32,000 bases of DNA from Candidatus Babelota bacterium (GCA_039809905.1 JBDHVY010000001.1:120001-152000), one strand, 5' to 3'. Numbered from the stretch's first letter, positions 17,351-25,865 are shown. The notes: generated from the sequence alone by a model not told the origin. Translations and numbers: made by a program.

Positions 17351-19642
17351 TCAGAAGGACCATCTCACAGCTAATTTTTCATGCAATTTTACCGCAAGAA
17401 AACAAACCATTGCAGCAGAAAAAGTCATCATTCCAATTTTTCTTAGGGAAATAAAATGCGATATATTTGCCATCTTATCAACTGAATTTATTGTTGGCAC
17501 ATCTGGTTCATTACTCAATAAATTTGTTTTTGATTGAGACATTTTTTTTGTAATCCCATCCAAAACTTTGTTGAATCCTGAATTTTTCGATATTATTTTA
17601 GTCATTACATCCGACAAACAAAAAAATGGATTTTGTGCTTTAATATATTCCTTGGCTAATTCAATATCCGCTCCAGCCTTTATCAAATTTTCTGCAATGT
17701 CAGGAAAAATTGTATTCCGTAAGAATACTTGACCAAGAGGTGTAATATCATAATCACAAAATTTATAAACAATGTTGGGATCTGCTCCATAAGCTAACAA
17801 AATCTCTGTTGCTGTTCCAAATTCACCATCAATCGCATAAACAAGTGCGGATTTTCCATCTTTATTCTTAGCATTGATATTAATGCCTTTTTTGATGAGC
17901 TTTTCTACTATGAGAGATTTATTAGAAATGTACCAATATATATGATGCAAAATAGTGTTGCCTTTATCATCAACAGTGTCTATCTTTGCATCTGAATCAA
18001 TCAGCAAATATATTAATTTCTTTTTTGATAACAAATGATTACTCAATATTCTGGGCACTAATGTTGATATATCAACATTATGCCCGAATTGACCCTTATC
18101 TAAAAGTAATTTCATTACCCGATCTAATTTTCCATCACCATCAGTTTGCTCAGCTATAGTTTCTACAGCCAAATTTCCATTATTATCGCGAATATTTACG
18201 TCAATATTTAATTGGAGTAATGTTTCTATTGCTTCAGTGCGCAACAACCTACATGCTACATGAAGAACAGTTTCTCCTCTTTCATTCTTAATACTTGGAT
18301 CAACTCCTCTTGAAAACATTTTCTTTATCACACTAGATTTTGGATTATTAAATTTTCTTACATAATAATGCAAAATAGTTTCACCATCATGATACATTGC
18401 ATCTACTTTAATTCCGCTATCAAGAAACATTTCTATAATTTTATCTAGATCATCATCTCTACTTCCTTGAAAAAATCTGCTTTTGCGAAGAACTACACTT
18501 AAAAGATCTTTTTGTTTATATTGTTCATTCTCACTAACAAGATTCACTTCTGCCCCTTTATCTAACAAAAAGCGTACAAGCGAAGCTTCAGGATATTTAA
18601 GAGCAAAATATAGTAAAGATGCTCCATCTTTATCCACCGCATTTATATCATTAAAAAATAAATTTTCTAATATTTCATAAATGAGATCTTTACCAAATAA
18701 ATTTGGCATATCCCAATAATCCAATGATCTCTCCCACAAACAAAATCTATAATCTCTGATAAGATCTTTATATTTTTTAATCAAATTAATAGTTAATTCT
18801 TTTCTACCAGAAGACATTGCCTTAGCAACAATCTTATATATATATTCAGAAAAATTGTATTTTTTTTGGCTTTTGTACAATGCTTGAACATTTTTGATAT
18901 CATTCAAAAAAACTCCAATTGCCAACACATCATCCTCATCGAATGTTTGATGAGAAAGCAACATTGTTTTTATACCAATCCTATTTTTATCTTTCAAAAA
19001 CTTTTTTAACTTTTGAGAGTTGCAATTTTGAATATCTTTCTTACTAGTACAATTTCCGGCATACACACCTAAACAATCATCTAAGGTAGGATCTGAAATC
19101 CCGATAACCTGTGCTACTCCATCTATTCTTTCACATGCGTGATGTTGCCACAAATGCTCAAACATAATCTTATTAGTATCGTTTTTTTCCTTTTTATATC
19201 TTATTGCATGAAAGGCCAAAATCTTGGTACATGCATCAAAATCATTTTTAAAAATAGAACATCCAAAAGAGCTACACAGGCTATTCTGAGGCTCTTTACA
19301 AACTATAATATCACGATAACAGTCGTTATAATGATGACATGTTCTACCAAAACGACCTATTGATTGGTAATCAAAAAAATGAATCATCATATTTCCTGCT
19401 ATATCTTTTGGAAGCGGAATAACAACAGCACCTAATGATATGATCTTCTTTTCTTGAGATTTAGTTTGAGTTTTGTCTTGTTGCTCCATCAGATATCCGG
19501 CTTTCCAAAAAAGACAAACTTGTTTTTTTGACTCCATTCCACATGAATACATAAAAGAAAATAAAAAAACCAAGACACTGAGAGTTTGCTTGCTCATAAT
19601 TACATGATTTCGTAGAAAAAACTTATATATTTTATCGAACAT
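17351..19642 (-). CDS. Large leader + F-box-like + multi-ankyrin protein with C-terminal hydrophobic tail (subfamily 1)
   Basis: 763 aa. Leader LSVLVFLFSFMYSCG; an alternative ATG at 19597 would start at MSKQTL. F-box-like segment IPLPKDIAGNMMIHFFDYQSIGRFGRTCHHY. Shared module FDACTKILAFHA...FEHLWQHHACER. At least 8 ANK repeats (e.g. GETVLHVACRLLRTEAIETLLQLNIDVNIRDNNGN, GKSALVYAIDGEFGTATEILLAYGADPN). C-terminal hydrophobic segment IGMMTFSAAMVCFLAV. Confidence 0.85.
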   Translation of the reverse strand: MFDKIYKFFLRNHVIMSKQTLSVLVFLFSFMYSCGMESKKQVCLFWKAGYLMEQQDKTQTKSQEKKIISLGAVVIPLPKDIAGNMMIHFFDYQSIGRFGRTCHHYNDCYRDIIVCKEPQNSLCSSFGCSIFKNDFDACTKILAFHAIRYKKEKNDTNKIMFEHLWQHHACERIDGVAQVIGISDPTLDDCLGVYAGNCTSKKDIQNCNSQKLKKFLKDKNRIGIKTMLLSHQTFDEDDVLAIGVFLNDIKNVQALYKSQKKYNFSEYIYKIVAKAMSSGRKELTINLIKKYKDLIRDYRFCLWERSLDYWDMPNLFGKDLIYEILENLFFNDINAVDKDGASLLYFALKYPEASLVRFLLDKGAEVNLVSENEQYKQKDLLSVVLRKSRFFQGSRDDDLDKIIEMFLDSGIKVDAMYHDGETILHYYVRKFNNPKSSVIKKMFSRGVDPSIKNERGETVLHVACRLLRTEAIETLLQLNIDVNIRDNNGNLAVETIAEQTDGDGKLDRVMKLLLDKGQFGHNVDISTLVPRILSNHLLSKKKLIYLLIDSDAKIDTVDDKGNTILHHIYWYISNKSLIVEKLIKKGININAKNKDGKSALVYAIDGEFGTATEILLAYGADPNIVYKFCDYDITPLGQVFLRNTIFPDIAENLIKAGADIELAKEYIKAQNPFFCLSDVMTKIISKNSGFNKVLDGITKKMSQSKTNLLSNEPDVPTINSVDKMANISHFISLRKIGMMTFSAAMVCFLAVKLHEKLAVRWSF

Positions 19643-19704
19643 AAATATATCTTAATTGCAGATAAACAAAATAAATAAATAGTCATCGTTACTTCTTTTT
19701 TTCT

Positions 19705-19821
19705 TTGCATACTGAAAACAGGTTAATTGATTCCACATTAACAAAAAAACAGGAAATGCAATTCGGGCTTTCTGCTGGTAATAGCAGAGAGCCCGTTATG
19801 AAATTATCAGTGAAATTTTAA
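19705..19821 (+). pseudogene. Remnant copy 3 of the PAP2-like gene 3' end
   Basis: 19712-19821 aligns with about 16105-16214 of the intact gene (by eye about three quarters identical). Tail is GLSAGNSREPVMKLSVKF*. A 1-nt indel near 19763 breaks the frame. Stop is 23 nt from the stop of the convergent gene 19844-20680. Confidence 0.75.
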
Positions 19822-19843
19822 TTGTTTTATTCTAAAAAAAATT

Positions 19844-20680
19844 TTATGCTCCATGTTCCAATAAAGCTTTCTCTAATTCCTTGTTTCCGTAGAGTATTGC
19901 AAGTTCAAGAGCTGTAAGAGATCCTACTTCTTCGGTATAATCAATACCACGTTTTGGAATTGATAAATAATCCAACAAAATAGTGCTATTTCCAAGTTTA
20001 CATAAAGGCTCAAGCAATGCATGAAAATCTGCAAATTGCTTGTAATGATTAAGTACTACTTTCAATCGTGCAATATTTCCATTTTTTGCTGCATATAATG
20101 CATCTTGATGAGCTGCATCGAGAATGCCATTGATAATAGAATCATTTTGAATAAAATCCAACTCTTCATCTAATTTGATTTGTCCTGGCAATTTTCCAAA
20201 ATAAAAGGCTATTCTATCATTTTCTGTTAGCTCTAACTTATCAACAAAATACGCCCCAAAACTGCCACATTTTATAGAAAAATATACTTGTATAATATTT
20301 GAATCAATTTTTTCCATATGATTATTAATTATAGCAGCACATCTCTTTCTTAATCCTTGAGCATCATTCATTCCCAATGCAGGTATGCGGGGAACCTGAT
20401 GATATAAAAACTTTTCCACCAATTTAAAATCATCATAAGAAGGATTTGTTAAGATAGGTCCTAAAATAGTCTCTATATTAGTTGCATCATTCAAGTATTG
20501 ACATACGCTTTTAATTCGTCCCAAAGTTTGAATATCAGAATGCAATTGAACACCAAGTAAAGAAGCGTGTGGCAAAAATTGCACTTGTGGCTTTGGTTTT
20601 GCTACAGACACTAGCATACACGATGTCTGAGAAAAAAGAGAAATTGTTATCGTGAAAAAATATAATGATATATTACTCAT
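19844..20680 (-). CDS. Leader + F-box-like + C-terminal ANK-like protein (subfamily 2)
   Basis: Leader ISLYFFTITISLFSQTSC. F-box-like segment FLPHASLLGVQLHSDIQTLGRIKSVCQYL. ANK-like segments DALYAAKNGNIARLKVVLNH and SLTALELAILYGNKELEKALLEHGA. Colinear with 16189-17061 (RIAFY.G.LP.QIK, LL.YLS.P.RGID). Confidence 0.75.
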   Translation of the reverse strand: MSNISLYFFTITISLFSQTSCMLVSVAKPKPQVQFLPHASLLGVQLHSDIQTLGRIKSVCQYLNDATNIETILGPILTNPSYDDFKLVEKFLYHQVPRIPALGMNDAQGLRKRCAAIINNHMEKIDSNIIQVYFSIKCGSFGAYFVDKLELTENDRIAFYFGKLPGQIKLDEELDFIQNDSIINGILDAAHQDALYAAKNGNIARLKVVLNHYKQFADFHALLEPLCKLGNSTILLDYLSIPKRGIDYTEEVGSLTALELAILYGNKELEKALLEHGA

Positions 20681-20732
20681 AGGAAAAATCTTTCATTGTT
20701 GTGCATAACTATAAAATCATCGATAAATATAT

Positions 20733-20827
20733 ATTAATTTCTATTAAAAACAACATGGCGATTTTTCTTGCATCACGAGTAAAATAAGCAATACTAAAAT
20801 ATATCTCATCTAAAAAAAAGGATCTGT
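20733..20827 (+). promoter_or_regulatory. Conserved MIOX upstream region (putative promoter plus RBS), duplicated at 17113-17208
   Basis: TTGCAT, 16 nt, AATACT is present in both copies with the same spacing, followed by AAAAGGATCTGT and the ATG. Conservation between the two copies is the main evidence. The promoter hexamers are only a moderate match to consensus. Confidence 0.4.
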
Positions 20828-21673
20828 ATGAAAAAAAATCTGTTTTTATATACATTGCTCACTACACTTAACATAGCTGCGATACAATCTTGCGATAATG
20901 CTAAACCTGAGCATGATTTTCGCGATTATGATAATGTTTCAGAAAAAGTCCTCAAATTTTATCGCTTGAACCACACACACCAAACACTTGATTTCGTTGT
21001 TGCTCAGAAGAAAAAATATTATCCACGCAATAAAAAAGTAATGAGTATTTGGGATGCTATGAAAATGCTTGATACTATTGTTGATGATAGTGATCCCGAT
21101 TTAAATAGCGCACAAACGGTACATGCATTTCAAACAGCAGAACAATTACGCAAAGATGGTCACCCTCGATGGCTTATTTTAACAGGCCTTATTCATGATC
21201 TTGGCAAAGTTCTTATTCTTTTTGGTGAACCTCAATGGGCAGTTGTTGGAGATACTTTTCCCGTAGGATGTGCATATTCAAACAAGATAGTTTTTTCAGA
21301 TTATTTTTCACTTAATGCTGATATACACAACAGGAAACTCAACCATAAATATGGAATCTATCAACCATGTTGTGGTCTTGATAATGTACATATGTCATGG
21401 GGACATGATGAATATTTGTATCAAGTAGTTAAACAATATCTACCTGATGAAGCATCATATATTATCAGGTATCATTCATTTTATGCAGCACACAAGCAAG
21501 GAGAATATGACTATTTAATGGATGACTATGATCGATCAATGATGAAATGGGTAACTTTATTCAGTCATTATGATTTGTATTCAAAAAGCCCAGAACCGGT
21601 GAACGTTTCTGAGCTTATCCCTTTTTATCAAGAATTAGTAGCGGAATTTTTTCCCGAAAACCTAAGATGGTGA
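20828..21673 (+). CDS. myo-Inositol oxygenase (MIOX, eukaryote-type HD-domain di-iron oxygenase) with an N-terminal leader
   Basis: Colinear with animal MIOX as I recall it: FRDY, YRLNHTHQTLDFV, VDDSDPD, HAFQTAE, LTGLIHDLGKV, GEPQWAVVGDTFPVGC, YQPCCGLDNVHMSWGHDEYLYQ, IRYHSFY, YDLYSKS, and it ends ...LRW. The N-terminus MKKNLFLYTLLTTLNIAAIQSC is leader-like. Confidence 0.92.
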   Translation: MKKNLFLYTLLTTLNIAAIQSCDNAKPEHDFRDYDNVSEKVLKFYRLNHTHQTLDFVVAQKKKYYPRNKKVMSIWDAMKMLDTIVDDSDPDLNSAQTVHAFQTAEQLRKDGHPRWLILTGLIHDLGKVLILFGEPQWAVVGDTFPVGCAYSNKIVFSDYFSLNADIHNRKLNHKYGIYQPCCGLDNVHMSWGHDEYLYQVVKQYLPDEASYIIRYHSFYAAHKQGEYDYLMDDYDRSMMKWVTLFSHYDLYSKSPEPVNVSELIPFYQELVAEFFPENLRW

Positions 21674-21705
21674 TACCTCATTTAAATTAAATCTTATAAT
21701 TGAAT

Positions 21706-21736
21706 ACCTGTTACGAAGCAAAGCGACGTAATAGGT
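21706..21736. terminator. Possible bidirectional hairpin between convergent MIOX and HPS/KGPDC-family genes
   Basis: ACCTGTTACG (21706-21715) pairs with CGTAATAGGT (21727-21736) at 9 of 10 positions, with an 11-nt loop. There is no strong U-tract on either side. Confidence 0.3.
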
Positions 21737-21750
21737 GTTTAGATAATATA

Positions 21751-22377
21751 TTAAAATCTGTCTACCAGTTCAGCAAAATATTGTGCTTCTTGCGCTGCAT
21801 CTTCTGCATCAGTAATACTAAGCCCAACAATAATTACATCTGGTCTGAGGGCTACAATTTTATCAACATTATTACGATTAATTTTTGCAGAAACAAAAAT
21901 AGGCAGATTTGTATTGCCTTTTATCATATCCCATTTATCAAGAAATACGAGTGATTCTGTTTCACTATATGGTTGGTGAAATAAAAGCGCATCTACTCCC
22001 AAATTTTTTGCTTCCAAAGCAGATTGACCTATTGATTGTGAGTCAATAAGGTCAATCATTACTTTAACATTTGCATTATGTGCAGCAGTTGTAGTTGCAT
22101 GAATCACATGATGAGATGTTCCTGCCATTACGGTAATCCAATCTACACCGGCATCGGCAAAAAGCTCTACTATTTCTTTCCCTCGGTCAACAATTTTTGT
22201 ATCAGCAAGAATAATTTTATCAGGAAATGCTTCTTTAAATCGTTTTACAGCAGTAATTCCATGATGATAAATAAGAATGGTTCCTATTTCAATAATATCG
22301 GCATATTGAGCAACTTCTAATCCAATGGCAATCGCTTTGTCCAAATCAATAAGATCGAATGAAATTTGTAACTTCAT
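21751..22377 (-). CDS. 3-hexulose-6-phosphate synthase / 3-keto-L-gulonate-6-phosphate decarboxylase family enzyme (OMP-decarboxylase suprafamily)
   Basis: MKLQISFDLIDLDKAI...DIIEIGT...AFPDKIILADTKIVDRG...VDWITVMAG is the HPS/KGPDC N-terminal pattern. ATG at 22377 is preceded by GGGAA; the longer ORF to 22446 starts with TTG. Confidence 0.8.
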   Translation of the reverse strand: MKLQISFDLIDLDKAIAIGLEVAQYADIIEIGTILIYHHGITAVKRFKEAFPDKIILADTKIVDRGKEIVELFADAGVDWITVMAGTSHHVIHATTTAAHNANVKVMIDLIDSQSIGQSALEAKNLGVDALLFHQPYSETESLVFLDKWDMIKGNTNLPIFVSAKINRNNVDKIVALRPDVIIVGLSITDAEDAAQEAQYFAELVDRF

Positions 22378-22500
22378 ATCACGTTTCCCAAAGAATGTGA
22401 TTACTATTTTGTAATAATCATTATTAAATTGATACAATACATACAAATGATGCTCGATTAGTATAGCACTATTTATGGTTTAAAAAAATGGTGCTCCTTT

Positions 22501-23196
22501 TTAATCGGTAATATCAGTTATAATCTTTAAAGGTTCACGATTTTCTTCCGTATGAATAGGTTTGAATAGATGACGAACGGTGAGCATATATAAACTATTT
22601 TCTATAACATTGATTCCCTTTTTTACATAGAAAGAAGGCAGCACAAGGTTTGCTGTTTCATGTGTCAATGCTTTTTCTAGATCTATTTGTACGTTTTTTG
22701 GTTTAGCAACAACAACGATTGTCGCCAAAGGGACTGTCATATTTTCTTCTAAAGGAACTTCTCGTGTTTGCCAATAATGGTAAGCTTTATCCTCATTATA
22801 TGATACTTCACATTCGTACATTGTTGCAGGAATCCCTGGAATTCGCCTCCAGTTCAAAATAGTGTTTTCAGATAAAGGTACAGGGACAATTTCGGGAGTT
22901 ATGAGAATATTCACTATACTTTTTTGATGCTTTCTTGGGAAACTCAACTCCCCATTATGATCAGATGCCGCCATATATCCACCATATACAGCAACAATCC
23001 CTTCGATAGGTGATGCTTTCATCATGCCTTTTGCCACATATTTTGCTAATTTTCCTGGTTTTTTGAGCTTCTGGCTTATTTTTTCAGCATCAGTTAATGG
23101 CGCCTGCTTAAAAAATAGCACTATCCTTGGCACTGCCTGAATAGAACAAGAAATAAGCAATAGAATCATCAGATGAATATAATGTTCTTTTTTCAT
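22501..23196 (-). CDS. Hypothetical secreted protein
   Basis: 231-codon ORF with an ATG start and the leader HLMILLLISCSIQA. No recognisable domain. Confidence 0.5.
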   Translation of the reverse strand: MKKEHYIHLMILLLISCSIQAVPRIVLFFKQAPLTDAEKISQKLKKPGKLAKYVAKGMMKASPIEGIVAVYGGYMAASDHNGELSFPRKHQKSIVNILITPEIVPVPLSENTILNWRRIPGIPATMYECEVSYNEDKAYHYWQTREVPLEENMTVPLATIVVVAKPKNVQIDLEKALTHETANLVLPSFYVKKGINVIENSLYMLTVRHLFKPIHTEENREPLKIITDITD

Positions 23197-23276
23197 AGGG
23201 GCACTTTACTGGTAATACAAATTGTATTTTACTCCTAATCATGGTACTATAAATAGAGAACAAAAAGATATATTTT

Positions 23277-23939
23277 ATGGGAACAAAAGTGGACAATCAT
23301 CATCTAGACAGTAATTTTGTATCAGCTCAATGGGTTAATTTCATCAATAAATATAACATAACTGAACAGCAAGCTACCCAATTTAAGCACTATCTTGACC
23401 TTTTAGTTGAGTGGAATAATAAGTTTAACCTTACCGCCATCACCCATGAGGACGAGATTATAAAGTATCATTTTGATGATTCGCTTGCCATAAGCAAGCA
23501 CCTTGATTTTCAAACGCTGCAAACAACAGCTGATATTGGTACCGGAGCTGGATTTCCAGGGCTTGCATTAAAAATCCTGTTTCCTCACCTACATATGATT
23601 CTTATTGAAGTAAACAATAAAAAAAGATCTTTTTTGGCTCATGTTGCACAAGAATTAGGGCTAGAAAACATCACTATATATGCGTATGATTGGCGAACTT
23701 TTTTACGAACATCAGATTATGAAATCGATTATTTTTTTGCTCGTGCTTCATTACAACCAGAGGAATTGATACGAGTATTTAAGCCTTCATGCATATACAA
23801 AGATGCTGTACTGGTTTACTGGGCATCCCAACAATGGAAACCTGAAAAACTAGAAGCTTGTTTTGTAGAAAAAGAAATAGTCTATACACTAGATACTATA
23901 CAAAGAAAACTTATCTTTTTTGCGCAAAAAAAAAATTAA
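23277..23939 (+). CDS. rsmG: 16S rRNA (guanine527-N7)-methyltransferase
   Basis: LLVEWNNKFNLTAI, HFDDSL and the SAM-binding DIGTGAGFPGLALKI, then IEVNNKKRSFL. This is the GidB/RsmG family pattern. Confidence 0.9.
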   Translation: MGTKVDNHHLDSNFVSAQWVNFINKYNITEQQATQFKHYLDLLVEWNNKFNLTAITHEDEIIKYHFDDSLAISKHLDFQTLQTTADIGTGAGFPGLALKILFPHLHMILIEVNNKKRSFLAHVAQELGLENITIYAYDWRTFLRTSDYEIDYFFARASLQPEELIRVFKPSCIYKDAVLVYWASQQWKPEKLEACFVEKEIVYTLDTIQRKLIFFAQKKN

Positions 23940-23958
23940 AAACAACAGAGGGAACATA

Positions 23959-25521
23959 ATGGTAAGAAGTTTTATTATTCGTTACATAGATGATATTTAT
24001 AATGGACAAAAAGGTGAGCGCTATAGCTCATTATTCCGTTATTTTATTCCAGAATTCATTACTAATTTTTTATTATATGCCATGCCGTTCTGGCTTGATG
24101 CTGCATTTATCGGATCTCTTGCATCCGTTAATACCTATGCAACATTGGGGGTAACTAATAGCTTTCTCCATTTAATCATTAAAGTTGGTGAAGCGATCTC
24201 TGTTGGAACAATTGTCTTGAGCGGTCAATTTAATGGAAAAAATTCATTTGAAAATGCTGGCAGAACTTTGCGCGATGCTTTTTGGCTCACGACAATACTT
24301 GGATTAACATTTGGGAGCATACTCTTTTTTGGAGCACATACCATTTATACATGGTACGGTGTTTCGGAAGAAATAATTGCGCTTGGAGTTCCATTTTTAC
24401 GATTACGTGCGGTTGGCGTTTTATGCATGTTCATTTATCTTGCATTGGTAGGATTTTTACGTGGTATTAAAAATTCTCGTGCTCCGATGAAAATTTTTAT
24501 TTTTGGATCAATTCTCTTTGTTTTTTTTGATTATGTACTTATTTTTGGTAAATTCGGATTTCCAGAAATGGGGCTGCAAGGATCTGCTCTGGCAACAGTT
24601 ATACAATACAGCAGTATGATGCTTATTGCCCTTGGATATGTATTATTCAATAAAAAAAATCATAAATATGGTATCAATTTTTTTTCTGCCCTTACTGATG
24701 TTTCTTATGTTAAGCATCTTCTGAAAATATCTTGGCCTGTTGTTCTTGATAAAGCCATCATGGCATGGGCATATGTATGGCTAGGAAAAATGATTGCAAC
24801 AATAGGAACTGGTGGTATTGCTGCATTCTGCGTGGTAAAAGATATGGAACGCTTTGCATTTTTACCCGCCATTGCCTTTGCTCAAATTATTACATTTTTA
24901 GCAAGTAATGATGTTGGGATTGCAAATTGGGAAAATATAAAAATAAATATTAAAAAAACTATTTTACTCTCATCTGGAATGGTGTCAGCAATTTTAGCTT
25001 TCTTCATTTATCATCGTGAATATATTATTAATATTTTCGATAAGAAAGGCGATTTTTCCGGAATTGCAATGAAAGCTTTTCCTATTTTGAGTATATTTAT
25101 CATCTTTGATTTGATACAATTGATCCTATCTGGTGCTCTACGCGGTGCTGGTAATGTACACATTGTAATGGTAGTAAGACTTGTTACCTGCTTCTGTTAT
25201 TTTGTTCCTGTTTCATACATGTTATCACAACTTCAACTTCAAAACGACACACTCAAACTTATTTTGCTTTATGGTTCATTTTACCTTGGTAATGCACTCA
25301 TGAGTATTTGGTACATCAAAAGATTCCGCAGTGAGTCATGGAAAACAAAATCGTTCTCTTCACAAAACCCAGAAAAAATTGAATCAGAACAATCTGAAAA
25401 AATAGAATCCGTAACACCTTCTACCAAAGTTATCTTCAAAGAAGAAAATCATCATTCATCATCAGAAAACATACATTCAATTCAGCATGAAGATAATAGA
25501 AAAAACGAACTGAACAAATAA
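23959..25521 (+). CDS. MATE-family efflux transporter with a polar C-terminal extension
   Basis: About 12 hydrophobic segments with MATE-like two-fold organisation. ATG at 23959 is preceded by AGAGGGA; the longer ORF from 23920 starts with TTG and overlaps rsmG. The last roughly 70 aa are low-complexity and polar. Confidence 0.8.
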   Translation: MVRSFIIRYIDDIYNGQKGERYSSLFRYFIPEFITNFLLYAMPFWLDAAFIGSLASVNTYATLGVTNSFLHLIIKVGEAISVGTIVLSGQFNGKNSFENAGRTLRDAFWLTTILGLTFGSILFFGAHTIYTWYGVSEEIIALGVPFLRLRAVGVLCMFIYLALVGFLRGIKNSRAPMKIFIFGSILFVFFDYVLIFGKFGFPEMGLQGSALATVIQYSSMMLIALGYVLFNKKNHKYGINFFSALTDVSYVKHLLKISWPVVLDKAIMAWAYVWLGKMIATIGTGGIAAFCVVKDMERFAFLPAIAFAQIITFLASNDVGIANWENIKINIKKTILLSSGMVSAILAFFIYHREYIINIFDKKGDFSGIAMKAFPILSIFIIFDLIQLILSGALRGAGNVHIVMVVRLVTCFCYFVPVSYMLSQLQLQNDTLKLILLYGSFYLGNALMSIWYIKRFRSESWKTKSFSSQNPEKIESEQSEKIESVTPSTKVIFKEENHHSSSENIHSIQHEDNRKNELNK

Positions 25522-25540
25522 AACAAAAGAAAGATATCCT

Positions 25541-25819
25541 ATGATCACCAAAGAAGAAGTTGAAAAAATTGCTCGTCTTTCCAATATAGAACTTTCTGAG
25601 TCAGAAATAATTAATGCACAAAAACATCTTGAAGCGGTTTTAAGCTATGCTGCTCGCGTACAAGATATTGCCCAAGATGTAGATATTGCAATTTTAAAAA
25701 ATGAAAATATTGAACGTGAAGACATTATAATAAAAACAGATTCACAAACTATTCTTGCACAAGCACCTGAACGTGAAGGTGATTTTTTTGTGGTACCAGC
25801 AATTATTGAAAATAACTAA
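25541..25819 (+). CDS. gatC: Asp/Glu-tRNA amidotransferase subunit C
   Basis: 92 aa. MITKEEVEKIARLSNIELSESE......L..VL.Y...V..I is the typical GatC N-terminus. It lies upstream of gatA. Confidence 0.9.
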   Translation: MITKEEVEKIARLSNIELSESEIINAQKHLEAVLSYAARVQDIAQDVDIAILKNENIEREDIIIKTDSQTILAQAPEREGDFFVVPAIIENN

Positions 25820-25865
25820 GCTCAAAAATTTGACAAAATGATATTGTATTAAAAATACTGTATCT

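Noticed and set aside
18483-19363. Plus-strand ORFs 18483-18680 and 19139-19363
   Set aside because: They are antisense to the well-supported 763-aa ankyrin gene.
21700-23296. ORFs 21700-21954 +, 22078-22320 + and 23108-23296 -
   Set aside because: They are antisense shadows of the HPS/KGPDC-family gene, or overlap the start of gene 22501-23196. The first starts with TTG inside the convergent spacer.
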